Source: Candidatus Latescibacterota bacterium (GTDB lineage Bacteria > Latescibacterota > UBA2968 > UBA8231). From it: a stretch of 64,000 bases of DNA. Position numbers and translations under genes: made by a program. Below the pieces are notes generated by a model that had not been told where the DNA came from, did no database searches, and saw nothing but the letters and a program-made list of their open reading frames with translations. Below are positions 46,492 through 55,937 of the stretch, in pieces (positions within the stretch are counted from its first letter, which is position 1; the number at the start of each line of letters is the position of its first letter). The stretch covers positions 2,592,001-2,656,000 of the forward strand of contig OZ241867.1 of assembly GCA_965203175.1 (NCBI GenBank), given 5' to 3'.

Positions 46492-47271
46492 CTACAAGTT
46501 GGGGCGGTTGTCCTCGCCCTCCCCTCGGTATGCCAACATATCCTCGTAGCGCAGCCCCGTGCCCCCGAAAATATCCAGCGCCGCTCCCACCGTAAAATCC
46601 AGTTTCCCTTGGCCGAGCTTGCGGAGGACCGCGATGTCCTCGGTGCTGCTCACGCCGCCGGCATACGTCGTCGGGATGGGCGCGATCTCGCCCAAGAGCG
46701 CGACGAGTTCGGCATCGATCCCTTGCTGCTTGCCTTCGACCCCAGTGGCGTGAATGAGGAATTCGCTGCAAGACTCGGCGAGGAGCGCTAAGTTGTCCGC
46801 GCTGATAGCAAAATCCGTGGCCTTTTGCCAGCGGTCGGTCATCACCACGTAGCGCCCGTCGCGGTTGCTGCAACTGAGGTCTAAGACCAGCCGGTCGCGC
46901 CCCACCGCAGCTACCATTTGAGCCAGCCGGTTGTGGTGGAGTTGGCCGTCGCTGAAGACGTAGGAAGTGACGATCACCTGCGCGGCACCACGGCTGAGCC
47001 AAGCCGTGGCGTTGTCGAGGCGGATGCCGCCGCCGACCTGCAAGCCCCCGGGGAAAGCGGCCAGCGCCTGTGCGGCTGCGTCCTCGTTGCCCGGACCGAG
47101 CATGATGACGTGGCCGCCGAAAAGCTGGTCGCGGCCATAGCGCGCCGCAAAGTACGCAGGCGGATGGGAGGCGGTGAAGTGGGTTTGGGGGGCGCTGCCG
47201 TCGCGTAGGCTGGTGCCGACGATCTGCTTGACTTGCCCCTCGTGCAGGTCGATACAGGGCCGGAAGCGCAT
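46492..47271 (-). CDS. hisA: ProFAR isomerase, eukaryote-like (His6) type
   Basis: FRPCIDLHEGQVKQIVG, GGHVIMLG, LVLDLSC, EFLIHA, TVGAALDIFGG. Confidence 0.92.
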   Translation of the reverse strand: MRFRPCIDLHEGQVKQIVGTSLRDGSAPQTHFTASHPPAYFAARYGRDQLFGGHVIMLGPGNEDAAAQALAAFPGGLQVGGGIRLDNATAWLSRGAAQVIVTSYVFSDGQLHHNRLAQMVAAVGRDRLVLDLSCSNRDGRYVVMTDRWQKATDFAISADNLALLAESCSEFLIHATGVEGKQQGIDAELVALLGEIAPIPTTYAGGVSSTEDIAVLRKLGQGKLDFTVGAALDIFGGTGLRYEDMLAYRGEGEDNRPNL

Positions 47272-48368
47272 CAGCGGTCGCAGCGGTATTCTGCGAGTGC
47301 GTCCTCGTCGAGGGTGACACCGAGGCCCGGGCCGGCTGGCGGGAGGATGTACCCGTCGGCGATGGGCAGCTTTTCGCGGATGACGTCGCCGCTGTGATAG
47401 ACGCAGCCGTTCACGTCGCTGGCGTAGCCCAAGTTGGGCATGGCAAAGGCGAGATGGGCTTGGGCCGCGGTGCCGATCCCCAGCTCGGGCATGCTGCCGA
47501 TGATACAGGGCAGGCGCGCCGCCTCGGCAATGGCGAAAATGCGCGCGGCTGCTCCCAAGCCGCCGGCTTCCGACACGTACACGTTGAAGACATCGACGGC
47601 TTGGTGGCGGACACAGTTGAGGGCGTCGGCCGGAGTCCAGACGCTCTCGTCGGCCATGATGGGCAGCGAGACGCGCTCGCGGACAAAGCGCAATCCCTCT
47701 AAGTCGTCGGCTGCCAAGGGCTGCTCGACTAGTTCCAAGTCAAAGTCCGCGATTGCCTCGATGCAGCGCACGGCTTCCTTGGCGGAGGACCAGCCCATGT
47801 TGGCATCTACGCGCAGGACGATCTCGCTGCCGACTGCGCAGCGCACGGCTGCGAGTACGGCTAGGTCGGCGCGAAGGTCTCGCCCGATCTTGGCCTTGAG
47901 GGTTTTGTACCCTTGCGCCACTAGGCTCTGGGCTTGGGCGGCGATGGCCTCGGGGTCGCCCATGGACAGCGAATGGCTCAGCAGCACGCGGTCGCGGACT
48001 TGGCCGCCCAGCAGTTGGTAGACGGGCACGTCGCAGGCTTTGCCGACTAGGTCGTAGAGGGCCATTTCAATGCCGGCCTTGGCTGGGAAGGAGCGGTGCA
48101 GGAGTTGATTCATGCGGTCGGCGATCTCGCGGATGCGGCGCGGGTCTAAGCCGCAGAGCACATCGGCGAGCAGCCCGTTGATGGCCTCGCTTTCTCCGCG
48201 TCCGCGGCGGTCCCAGATGCTGGAGGCTTCGCCGAGGCCGGTGAGGCCAGCGTCGGTGTGGATTAAGACGACGGCGTTTTCAGAGGCTTGGTGCGTGCCG
48301 AGGCTGCTTTGGAACGGCTGCGGCCTGGGCACGCGCACGGGTATGGCTTCGATGTGGGTGATTTTCAT
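47271..48368 (-). CDS. Muconate lactonizing enzyme/enolase-superfamily protein
   Basis: AGIEMALYDL, TLKAKIG, RVDAN, VEQP, MADES, GPGLGV. Confidence 0.9.
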   Translation of the reverse strand: MKITHIEAIPVRVPRPQPFQSSLGTHQASENAVVLIHTDAGLTGLGEASSIWDRRGRGESEAINGLLADVLCGLDPRRIREIADRMNQLLHRSFPAKAGIEMALYDLVGKACDVPVYQLLGGQVRDRVLLSHSLSMGDPEAIAAQAQSLVAQGYKTLKAKIGRDLRADLAVLAAVRCAVGSEIVLRVDANMGWSSAKEAVRCIEAIADFDLELVEQPLAADDLEGLRFVRERVSLPIMADESVWTPADALNCVRHQAVDVFNVYVSEAGGLGAAARIFAIAEAARLPCIIGSMPELGIGTAAQAHLAFAMPNLGYASDVNGCVYHSGDVIREKLPIADGYILPPAGPGLGVTLDEDALAEYRCDR

Positions 48369-48934
48369 GGGATCAGGTGGCGATAGATGCTGAGGGTGGT
48401 GTTGCCGTAGGTTCGCTGCTGGGTGAGCGAGAGGTGACCGCTCTGTTCGGGCACGTCCAAGTCGATTTGGTGCTGTACGAACAGCAGGCCCTCGTCGTTA
48501 AAGAGCGGGGATTCCCCGAGGGCTTCGATGAGGCCCAGCAGGAGCGGGGCACCGCAGTAGCGAGCGTGGTACGGGGGATCGGCATACACGATGTCGAAGC
48601 GGCGGCCGGCTGCTACCAGTTGGGGGATGAGGTGTTGGGCCTTGACCGAGTGCAGGCCCGCGACGCCAGCCTTCCATTGGTAGAGCAGCGAGCGGATCTG
48701 CCGCCGCCGCTGGTGATCTGGCTCGTTGAGCTCGACGCTCGCGCCCCGGCTCAGCGCTTCGAGCCCCATCTGGCCCGAACCAGCACACAAATCGAGGAAG
48801 GTACGGCCTTTCAGGTTGGGGCCGAGCATGGAGAATACGGCTTCTTTGAGGCGCGTGGAGGTGAGGCGGATCTGGCGCAGGCGTCGCCCGGAGGGAATCT
48901 GCCGACCGCGATAGGTGCCAGTGACAATGCGCAC
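48365..48934 (-). CDS. rsmD: RsmD-family rRNA methyltransferase
   Basis: MRIVTGTYRGR, FLDLCAGSGQMGLEALSRGA, DPPY, YGNT. Confidence 0.85.
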   Translation of the reverse strand: MRIVTGTYRGRQIPSGRRLRQIRLTSTRLKEAVFSMLGPNLKGRTFLDLCAGSGQMGLEALSRGASVELNEPDHQRRRQIRSLLYQWKAGVAGLHSVKAQHLIPQLVAAGRRFDIVYADPPYHARYCGAPLLLGLIEALGESPLFNDEGLLFVQHQIDLDVPEQSGHLSLTQQRTYGNTTLSIYRHLIP

Positions 48935-49085
48935 GGCTAAGCCTTGAGTTGGAGTTTATTTGGACAAAAAGTATCGCGGTTGGGGCGAGCAGCGTCAAGT
49001 TGTGGGTTGCGGGCGATGGGGGAAGTTTGAAGTTTGAATCAGGTATTCTTCTCTTGAGGGATTCGATGGGAGGTATAATCAAGCA

Positions 49086-50234
49086 ATGGTCACAGAACAA
49101 TACGATGTCGTCGTCGCAGGGGCGGGTGGCATGGGTAGTGCTGCGCTGTACCATTTGGCGCGCCGCGGTGTGCGCGTCTGCGCTGTCGAGCGCTTTGGCA
49201 TAGCCCACGACCGGGGATCTTCGCACGGGGATACCCGCATCATCCGCAAAGCCTATATGGAGCATCCCGACTACGTGCCCCTGTTGCACCGGGCCTACGA
49301 GTTGTGGGAGGAGATAGAGGCCGAAGAGGCAGGGGAACTTTTTGCCCGCGTTGGGCTGCTAGTGGCGGGCGACCCCGACGCGGAGGCGATGCAGGGGCAG
49401 GCAGCCTGTTATCAGGCGCACGACCTGCCGCATGAGGAACTGGATGGGGAAGCGATTGCCGTGCGCTACCCAGGTTTGGCCTTTCCCGAGGAGTGGAGTG
49501 GCTTTTACGATCCTCTAGGCGGTTTTCTCCGGGTCGAGGACTGCGTCCGCCGACATGCCGAATTGGCCCAGCAGCACGGCGCGAAACTCTACACTGGAGA
49601 GGTGATGCTGTCGTGGCGGCGCGAGGGCGAAGGAGTGGTAGTGGAGACTGAGCGACGGCGCTTGCTCGCTACGCGGTTGGTGCTAGCAACCGGGGCTTGG
49701 GCAGTGCCGGAGCTATGCCGGCTGGGCGTAGCGGCGTGTGTAGTGCGCAAGGTGCTGCTGTGGTACCAGGGGCGCGGCGTGGAGCAGTACGCGCGCGGTG
49801 CGTTCCCCTGTTTCTTCATCGCCGACGGCGAACAGTACTTCTATGGTTTTCCCGCCGAAGAGCCGTGGGGTCTCAAGTTAGCCGAGCACAATGTGTCGCA
49901 CGACCCGGTGGACGACCCGCTCCAACTCGACCGCGCATTGACCGACGGCGATCAGCCCTGCGTCCTCGATTTTCTCGCGCGATACTTTCCCGCGCTGCAA
50001 CCAGAACTGAGCAAATACGCCGTCTGCATGTATTCGCTGACGCCGGATAAGAATTTCGTCTTGGATATCCACCCCGAATGCCCGGCCGTGGTGTTCGGGG
50101 CGGGTTTTTCCGGCCACGGCTTCAAATTCTCTCCGGTAGTGGGCGAAATTTTGGCTGAATTGGCGCTAGAAGGCGATACCCAGCATCCCATCGAATTCCT
50201 GCGTCTTTCTCGTTTTGCACAAAGGAGGTCGTAA
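49086..50234 (+). CDS. solA: Monomeric sarcosine oxidase/N-methyltryptophan oxidase family
   Basis: GAGGMGSA, GSSHGDTRIIRKAY, CMYSLTPD, FSGHGFKF. Confidence 0.88.
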   Translation: MVTEQYDVVVAGAGGMGSAALYHLARRGVRVCAVERFGIAHDRGSSHGDTRIIRKAYMEHPDYVPLLHRAYELWEEIEAEEAGELFARVGLLVAGDPDAEAMQGQAACYQAHDLPHEELDGEAIAVRYPGLAFPEEWSGFYDPLGGFLRVEDCVRRHAELAQQHGAKLYTGEVMLSWRREGEGVVVETERRRLLATRLVLATGAWAVPELCRLGVAACVVRKVLLWYQGRGVEQYARGAFPCFFIADGEQYFYGFPAEEPWGLKLAEHNVSHDPVDDPLQLDRALTDGDQPCVLDFLARYFPALQPELSKYAVCMYSLTPDKNFVLDIHPECPAVVFGAGFSGHGFKFSPVVGEILAELALEGDTQHPIEFLRLSRFAQRRS

Positions 50235-51011
50235 ATGGATCTAGGACTGAAAGACAAAATCGCTCTGATAACTGGAGGGAGTCGGGGGATCGGGCGGGCG
50301 ATTGCGTTGGCGCTGGCCAACGAGGGGTGCAAGGTGGCGATTTGCGCCCGCGACCAAGAGCCGCTCGAACGCGCATTGCAGCAGGTGCGAGCTACTGGGG
50401 TCGAAGCCATTGCCGAGGTTGCCGACGTGCGCTCGCGGTCGGAGGTGGAGGCCGTTGTCGAGCGCTGTGCGACCGAATGGGGTGGTGTGGATATTTTGGT
50501 CAACAATGTGGGTGGGGCGGCTGGCGAACAGAGTCTGCTCGAAACCGAGGATGAGGACTGGGTGGAGACCTTTGATCTAAATGTGTTCCACGCCGTGCGC
50601 ACGACGCGGGCGGCTCTGCCCTATATGCGGCAGCGAGGTGGGGGCGCGGTGGTGATCGTCTCGTCGATCTCGGGGTGGAAGCCCGGGCCTAAGTCCCAAT
50701 ACGGAAGTGCGAAGGCCGCGGAGATTTTTCTCGCAGGTGCGCTGGCGCTGGAGTTGGCCGAATACGGGGTGCGGGTCAACACCGTTGCGCCAGGGTCGAT
50801 ATTGTTCCCCGGCGGTGGGTGGGCGCGTTTTCAGGAGGAGCAGCCCGAGCATTTTGCGCAGTTTGTAGAACGGGAGTTTCCCGCTGGGCGCTTGGGAACT
50901 CCAGAGGAGGTGGCGGATGTGGTGGCGTTTCTGGTGTCCGAGCGCGCGAATTGGATCAATGGAGCGATGATTCCCGTGGATGGGGCGCAGGGTCGGCCGA
51001 CGGCGTTTTGA
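50235..51011 (+). CDS. SDR-family oxidoreductase
   Basis: TGGSRGIG, NNVG, YGSAK. Confidence 0.92.
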   Translation: MDLGLKDKIALITGGSRGIGRAIALALANEGCKVAICARDQEPLERALQQVRATGVEAIAEVADVRSRSEVEAVVERCATEWGGVDILVNNVGGAAGEQSLLETEDEDWVETFDLNVFHAVRTTRAALPYMRQRGGGAVVIVSSISGWKPGPKSQYGSAKAAEIFLAGALALELAEYGVRVNTVAPGSILFPGGGWARFQEEQPEHFAQFVEREFPAGRLGTPEEVADVVAFLVSERANWINGAMIPVDGAQGRPTAF

Positions 51012-51037
51012 AGGGTGGGTGCGCGACCGCAATCTCG

Positions 51038-51457
51038 TCAGCGCGATGGGACGATGCGGAATTGGCGCTTGCCGTCGATGCGGTAGGTCTCGAAGTCGTC
51101 GTGATCGATGGTAAAGACCGCAGTAAGCGATTCTCGTTTGGCCAGATGCACCAGCGTTGCGTCGGCGAAATCCATCGGTCGGTCGTCGTAGCGTTTCATC
51201 AGACGGTCCAGATCCGGTAGGTCTGCATCTGTTATCGGCAGTACTGTTATGGCACCGGAGCGGAGAAAACGCCAAGCGGCGTTAATCGCTGGCCGATGAT
51301 CTCCTAGCAAATGGAAGAGCTCGGCAAGTACGGCAGCGCTAGTGGCCAATGGCAATCGCAAAGACGGAAATGCTTCGACACACCGGTCGTGCCACTGATC
51401 GTCGGCATCGAGTAAGGCTAGGATCGTCCCCGTATCGATCAGACCCTTAGCCCGCAC
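51038..51457 (-). CDS. vapC: PIN-domain (VapC) toxin
   Basis: LIDTG..D.WH..LAE..MDFADATLV..FTID..DF. Confidence 0.9.
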   Translation of the reverse strand: MRAKGLIDTGTILALLDADDQWHDRCVEAFPSLRLPLATSAAVLAELFHLLGDHRPAINAAWRFLRSGAITVLPITDADLPDLDRLMKRYDDRPMDFADATLVHLAKRESLTAVFTIDHDDFETYRIDGKRQFRIVPSR

Positions 51458-51725
51458 GGCGTTGTTGTAATCGGGCGCGCACCCGTTGCCCGACCTGCTG
51501 TGAGCGGAGGGGATCGCCGCCCCGGATGGTGCCAAAGGTCTGCATGGCGGCTTGGCGAAGCTGGTCTTGTATTTCGTCGTCCCCAGCCTCTTCCCGGTCG
51601 AGCCACTGGGACACGATCTGGTCGAGCAGTTGGGCTACGCTCGTTTTATGGGCTCGGGCTGCGGCTTCAAGACCGTTTTTCACCTCGGGAGAGACGCGCC
51701 AGCTATATACTTCGCTTTTGTTCAT
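51447..51725 (-). CDS. Ribbon-helix-helix antitoxin (VapB-like)
   Basis: VYSWRVSPEVKNGLEAAARAHKTSVAQLL; overlaps vapC start. Confidence 0.8.
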   Translation of the reverse strand: MNKSEVYSWRVSPEVKNGLEAAARAHKTSVAQLLDQIVSQWLDREEAGDDEIQDQLRQAAMQTFGTIRGGDPLRSQQVGQRVRARLQQRRAG

Positions 51726-51744
51726 GTAGTACAGTGTACTACAT
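51724..51744. promoter_or_regulatory. Perfect palindromic operator over the antitoxin start
   Basis: ATGTAGTACA-G-TGTACTACAT. Confidence 0.7.
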
Positions 51745-51824
51745 ATGTGGTGGCGTTGCAATAGGCACGAGTAGATCACCGCCCAAGAGATTGGCGGAGT
51801 ACGTGCTGGTTCAACGCGAAGCAA

Positions 51825-54800
51825 TCAACGCAGTAACAAGAGTTTGCGCATCAACACGACTTCGTCGGTCACTAGCCTGTACAGGTACATGCCGCTGGCC
51901 ACGGGGCGACCCGCGTCGTCGCGGCCATTCCAGTGGAGGCGGTGGTAACCCGCCTGCTGCGGCCCTTGATGCAATACCGACACCCGTTGCCCGGTCAACG
52001 CGAATATTTCTAAACGCGTCGGACTAGGAGCGTGCAAGAAGTAGGAAAGAATTGTCTGGCTGTTGAACGGATTGGGTGCGTTTTGCGCCAACTGGTCGCT
52101 GTCGGGCAGCTCGGTCAAAGCCCGCGCCGGATCTGGTGCAATCTCCAATTGCAGCGATCGGACGTTATCGGCGGGATTGATTTCCAGTTCGTCTGCCGAG
52201 AATTCAACGGTGAAGTCGAGGGTGCCGGCCTGCAACGGCGTGAAAATCAGCAACAGATCCACCAGCTCCTTAAATCTATCTTGGAGGTTGCCACAATTGA
52301 TCGTGCCCGTCTGCTCATTAGTTTCGACGGTTTCGCAGGGCACACTGTGCTCGGGTATGTGGACTTCCTCAAGACGCAGAGGCAAACTGGCCGACCAAGT
52401 CAGTAGGACATTGGAAGCTACTCCTTGGACAAAACGCAAGCTCGTGTACAAGCTGAGGGTCCGTTCCGCGTTGGTGAATAACTCGCCGTAGTTTTCGTTA
52501 CGTAGACCCACCAAAAGATCGACCCGAGGTGGTATGGAAGAGGGATCCATAGGGTCCGTTCCGTACTGGAATTCGAGGAGGTTCGATATTCCGTCGCCAT
52601 CTAAGTCGCCGTCTGGAAATTCGACCTCTTCCGGGTCGAGTACTCCATCGCCGTCTCCATCGGACCAAGCCAAAGGGTTAGTAGGGAAGTCGTCTTGGTC
52701 GTCTTCGACTCCGTCGCCATCCTGGTCTAGAGCGATTCCGGTCGGGCGCAGGGGGCCTTCGCAGTAGAGGTCGGCATCCGGGAGACGGTCACTGGACTCT
52801 CCAGCTAGCGCGGGAGAGAGCGAGTAAAACGAGTGGTTCGCATCGAGCAGATTGTTGGTAAAGTAACAGGTCATAGCCTCAAAGTTGCTAATGGCTCCGT
52901 CGTCGATGGCGGCGTTGATGAGTCTGTCCAGTCGGGTATTGAGATACTCATTGGAGGTGCCGCGATCGTCGCTGAATGAGGCGGGTACCGATAGGGAGCC
53001 GGTGCATCCGAAGCGAGGATTGAGTTCGGTTGCTACGAGTTGACAGTCCAAGTATAGATCGTCGTCAATTCGCTGTAAGGCGTTTTCAATCTCCGTGGCG
53101 TTGTCGCTGGTGGAGGAAACTGGCCAGAGGAAAGAGGTAATGGGGTTGACCAGTTGGTCGAGAAGGGCGGCCTGTTCACCTAAAAAGGCATCGTACTCAA
53201 AAGCCATTTGGCTATCGGCTGACCAACTTGCAATTAGGGCGTCGTAGCCTGCGGTGTTGCCGTGACGTATCTCGTCCAACAGCTCCAATAATGGAGTGCG
53301 CTGCTGCCGATGCATAAAATTGAAGAAAAGGCTAGCGTAGCGATAGAATTTGAAGCCATCACTGTAACAAGACTGAAAAATTTGCTTAGTGTCGAGGCGG
53401 ATCTCATCGCTGGCGATTCTGCTCATCATGCTCTGACGTACGGGAACACCTTGGGCGGAAGTGCTGCCAGCTAGGAACTCCGCCAAGCCTTCGTCTAACC
53501 AAGTCAGTCGGCAGTCTTGATAGATGTTGGTCTGTCCCCACAAGCCCGGATGCAGGAAGCGACCAGCCAAATAATGCACGTACTCGTGGCGAAACAACTC
53601 TTCGAGCGTAAAGATGCTCTCGTCTCGGGTCCGCTGATAGGTGTAGAACGTGGCGTCTTGTTCGATGTAGATGCCGCCGTTGTTGGTATTTAAGTCGAAC
53701 ACATACCCCTGAAATTGTTCGTACTCCGCCAGAGTGCCGTAAATCTTGATGTAGAGTACATCGTTGACATCGCCGGCTACGGCCTTGTCGGTTTCCAACA
53801 ATCGGTGAAACTGTGCCTTGACCTCCTTAGCTGCGTAGTACAAGGGCTGCACCGTCTCCAAATTCAGGGACGTTTCAAACACTACGGCCCCATCGTCAAA
53901 ACGGTACGTATGAGGAAAGACCCGGGCGATGATTTCACTTTCCAGTACGTCCCGACAGATGTTCCAAGTATCGCAACTGACCCGATCTTCTAGGTTTTCT
54001 GCCACAACCATGAAGGGGCCACTGAGACGCTCGTAGTTGGGGAGTATAGAGAGCAGGGCGGCGATGACGGCGTCTTTCAGAGTATGTACTGCAGCCAATC
54101 TCCCGAGTTCGAGAATGGCGTTTTCTAGCAGGTACTCGTTGTCTGGATAGAGAAAATCGTAGCCAGTAGCTTGCAACAGGATGTCAACGATTTCCGTGTC
54201 GCGACCGAGGGCGTCCATAAAGCCCTGATCGCGGTTGACGATACCGCGAAAGATAAGAAAGAAGACGCGGTTATAGGCCCTCAACTGGGCATTGCTGGCC
54301 GCTCGCTCGGACATCAATCCCGACAGAACGCGTTTGACCTCTACTAAGTGATGCTGGCGCACCTGATCTTGGTCGGCAACGGTGAACCAGTCATCCAAGA
54401 TATTCGCGGCCTCGTCGTTGAGGTCATAAAAGTGGTCGCTGGCCGCGAAGGCTTTCGATGCGGAGACATGGGCGCGGATCGTCTCTTCGTTGAACGATGG
54501 AATCTCGTTTTCGTAAAAAGCATGGTAGTACCCAATTCGGACGAAAAACCAGAGTTGATGTAAGCCGGTGGCGTTAGTCCCGTCGTATGTAGGAACCAGC
54601 GCTTCAATGGCCTTCAACACGGCCTGCATATTCTGGTTGGTAAAAATAGCGGGCATGTTGTCGTCGAAGGTCCAAAGGACGTCTGAGAGACAATCACGCG
54701 AGTGAGTTTTCAGATAGTTGATCAGATCATTCCCGCCGAGGGCGGCCAAGTCGGCGGATGAGCAGTGATCCGCATATATCTTGGCCGCGGGGCGAGCCGT

Positions 54801-54974
54801 CTTCTGTTCCAGCGGTTGGGAAATCCAAGTCGGCGTGATTGCGGCTCTACTGCAAAGCGGAGGGTGCGAAGTCTGGCTCTCGTCTGTGCGTGGGGCGATT
54901 GTTGCTGCGGCCAGACCCGTGCTTAATGCCACAAGTAGGGCCATCAAAATGATAACGATTGTATTATACATCAA
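51825..54974 (-). CDS. Secreted M9-family collagenase with Ca-binding repeats and FlgD-Ig C-terminal domain
   Basis: TNNGGIYIE, LFRHEYVHYL, WLDEGLAEF; DxDGDG repeats; QNAPNPFNSQT..WNGRDDAGRPVASGMYLYRL. Confidence 0.9.
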   Translation of the reverse strand: MMYNTIVIILMALLVALSTGLAAATIAPRTDESQTSHPPLCSRAAITPTWISQPLEQKTARPAAKIYADHCSSADLAALGGNDLINYLKTHSRDCLSDVLWTFDDNMPAIFTNQNMQAVLKAIEALVPTYDGTNATGLHQLWFFVRIGYYHAFYENEIPSFNEETIRAHVSASKAFAASDHFYDLNDEAANILDDWFTVADQDQVRQHHLVEVKRVLSGLMSERAASNAQLRAYNRVFFLIFRGIVNRDQGFMDALGRDTEIVDILLQATGYDFLYPDNEYLLENAILELGRLAAVHTLKDAVIAALLSILPNYERLSGPFMVVAENLEDRVSCDTWNICRDVLESEIIARVFPHTYRFDDGAVVFETSLNLETVQPLYYAAKEVKAQFHRLLETDKAVAGDVNDVLYIKIYGTLAEYEQFQGYVFDLNTNNGGIYIEQDATFYTYQRTRDESIFTLEELFRHEYVHYLAGRFLHPGLWGQTNIYQDCRLTWLDEGLAEFLAGSTSAQGVPVRQSMMSRIASDEIRLDTKQIFQSCYSDGFKFYRYASLFFNFMHRQQRTPLLELLDEIRHGNTAGYDALIASWSADSQMAFEYDAFLGEQAALLDQLVNPITSFLWPVSSTSDNATEIENALQRIDDDLYLDCQLVATELNPRFGCTGSLSVPASFSDDRGTSNEYLNTRLDRLINAAIDDGAISNFEAMTCYFTNNLLDANHSFYSLSPALAGESSDRLPDADLYCEGPLRPTGIALDQDGDGVEDDQDDFPTNPLAWSDGDGDGVLDPEEVEFPDGDLDGDGISNLLEFQYGTDPMDPSSIPPRVDLLVGLRNENYGELFTNAERTLSLYTSLRFVQGVASNVLLTWSASLPLRLEEVHIPEHSVPCETVETNEQTGTINCGNLQDRFKELVDLLLIFTPLQAGTLDFTVEFSADELEINPADNVRSLQLEIAPDPARALTELPDSDQLAQNAPNPFNSQTILSYFLHAPSPTRLEIFALTGQRVSVLHQGPQQAGYHRLHWNGRDDAGRPVASGMYLYRLVTDEVVLMRKLLLLR

Positions 54975-55070
54975 TATCTATCCTGTCCAAGCTATCGTAT
55001 TGCCCACCCTCGCGTAAGATTCGTCATCGCTCAAAGGGTGTGTTCCGATTCTGCGGAGTGGAAATCGCCT

Positions 55071-55853
55071 TCATCCCTGAAACAGCGACAGCGCCCCATC
55101 GACGTACATCTCGGTTCCCGTAATATAGCTAGCCTCGTCCGACGCCAAAAAGAGAATGGCGTTGGCAACCTCTTCTGCACTGGCGGCGCGTTGTTGTAGG
55201 GGAATCATGCCTTGGGGGAACTCGCGGGGGATGCGAATCTTGTCGATGTTGCGGGGGAAGGTGTTCTCGCCGATGCTGGTTTTGGTGGCGCCAGGGCAGA
55301 CGACGTTGATGCGGATGTCCCACTGCGCCAGTTCGACTGCGGCCATTTTGGCGAAGGTAACTTGGGCGGCCTTGGAGCAGGAATACGAGGTGAAACCGAA
55401 GTTAGAGAAGATGCGGTTGCCGTTGACCGAGGAGACGACGATGATGCTGCCGCCGCCGGCCGCGCGCAGGTGGGGGATGGCATATTTGACGGTGAGGAAG
55501 GTGCCGCGCACGTTGATGTTGTGCGTCTGATCCCATTCCTCGGGCGTGATGTCCTCGATGGGGGCGAAGACGCCGTTGATGCCGGCGTTGGGCACGACGA
55601 TGTCGAGGCGGCCCCAGCGCTCGACGGTGGCGGCCACCAGTTCGGCGACGTGCTTGGCGTTCGCTACGTCGCCGGGCAAGGCCAGCGCTTGGCCGCCTAG
55701 TCCCTCGATTTCGGCGACGGCTTCCTCGCAGCGCTCGGCGCGGCGGGCCGTTAGCGCGATGTTGGCTCCTGCGCGGGCCATGGCCACGGCCGCGGCCCGA
55801 CCGATGCCGCTGCTGCCGCCGGTGATGAGGGCCACTCTGTCCTTCAGCTTCAT
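55071..55853 (-). CDS. SDR-family oxidoreductase
   Basis: TGGSSGIG, NAGING, YSCSK. Confidence 0.92.
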   Translation of the reverse strand: MKLKDRVALITGGSSGIGRAAAVAMARAGANIALTARRAERCEEAVAEIEGLGGQALALPGDVANAKHVAELVAATVERWGRLDIVVPNAGINGVFAPIEDITPEEWDQTHNINVRGTFLTVKYAIPHLRAAGGGSIIVVSSVNGNRIFSNFGFTSYSCSKAAQVTFAKMAAVELAQWDIRINVVCPGATKTSIGENTFPRNIDKIRIPREFPQGMIPLQQRAASAEEVANAILFLASDEASYITGTEMYVDGALSLFQG

Positions 55854-55937
55854 GTCGATCTCCTAAGTTGACGAGAAAATGTGGGCGGAATATCATTGGA
55901 AGCCCCTAAAATACACCCAGCGAAAGTGGAGACAAGA

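Noticed and set aside
51825-54974. Direct pathway link between the collagenase and the BMC operon (hydroxyproline use)
   Set aside because: More than 30 kb apart, no shared regulatory motif seen and no hydroxyproline epimerase in the window
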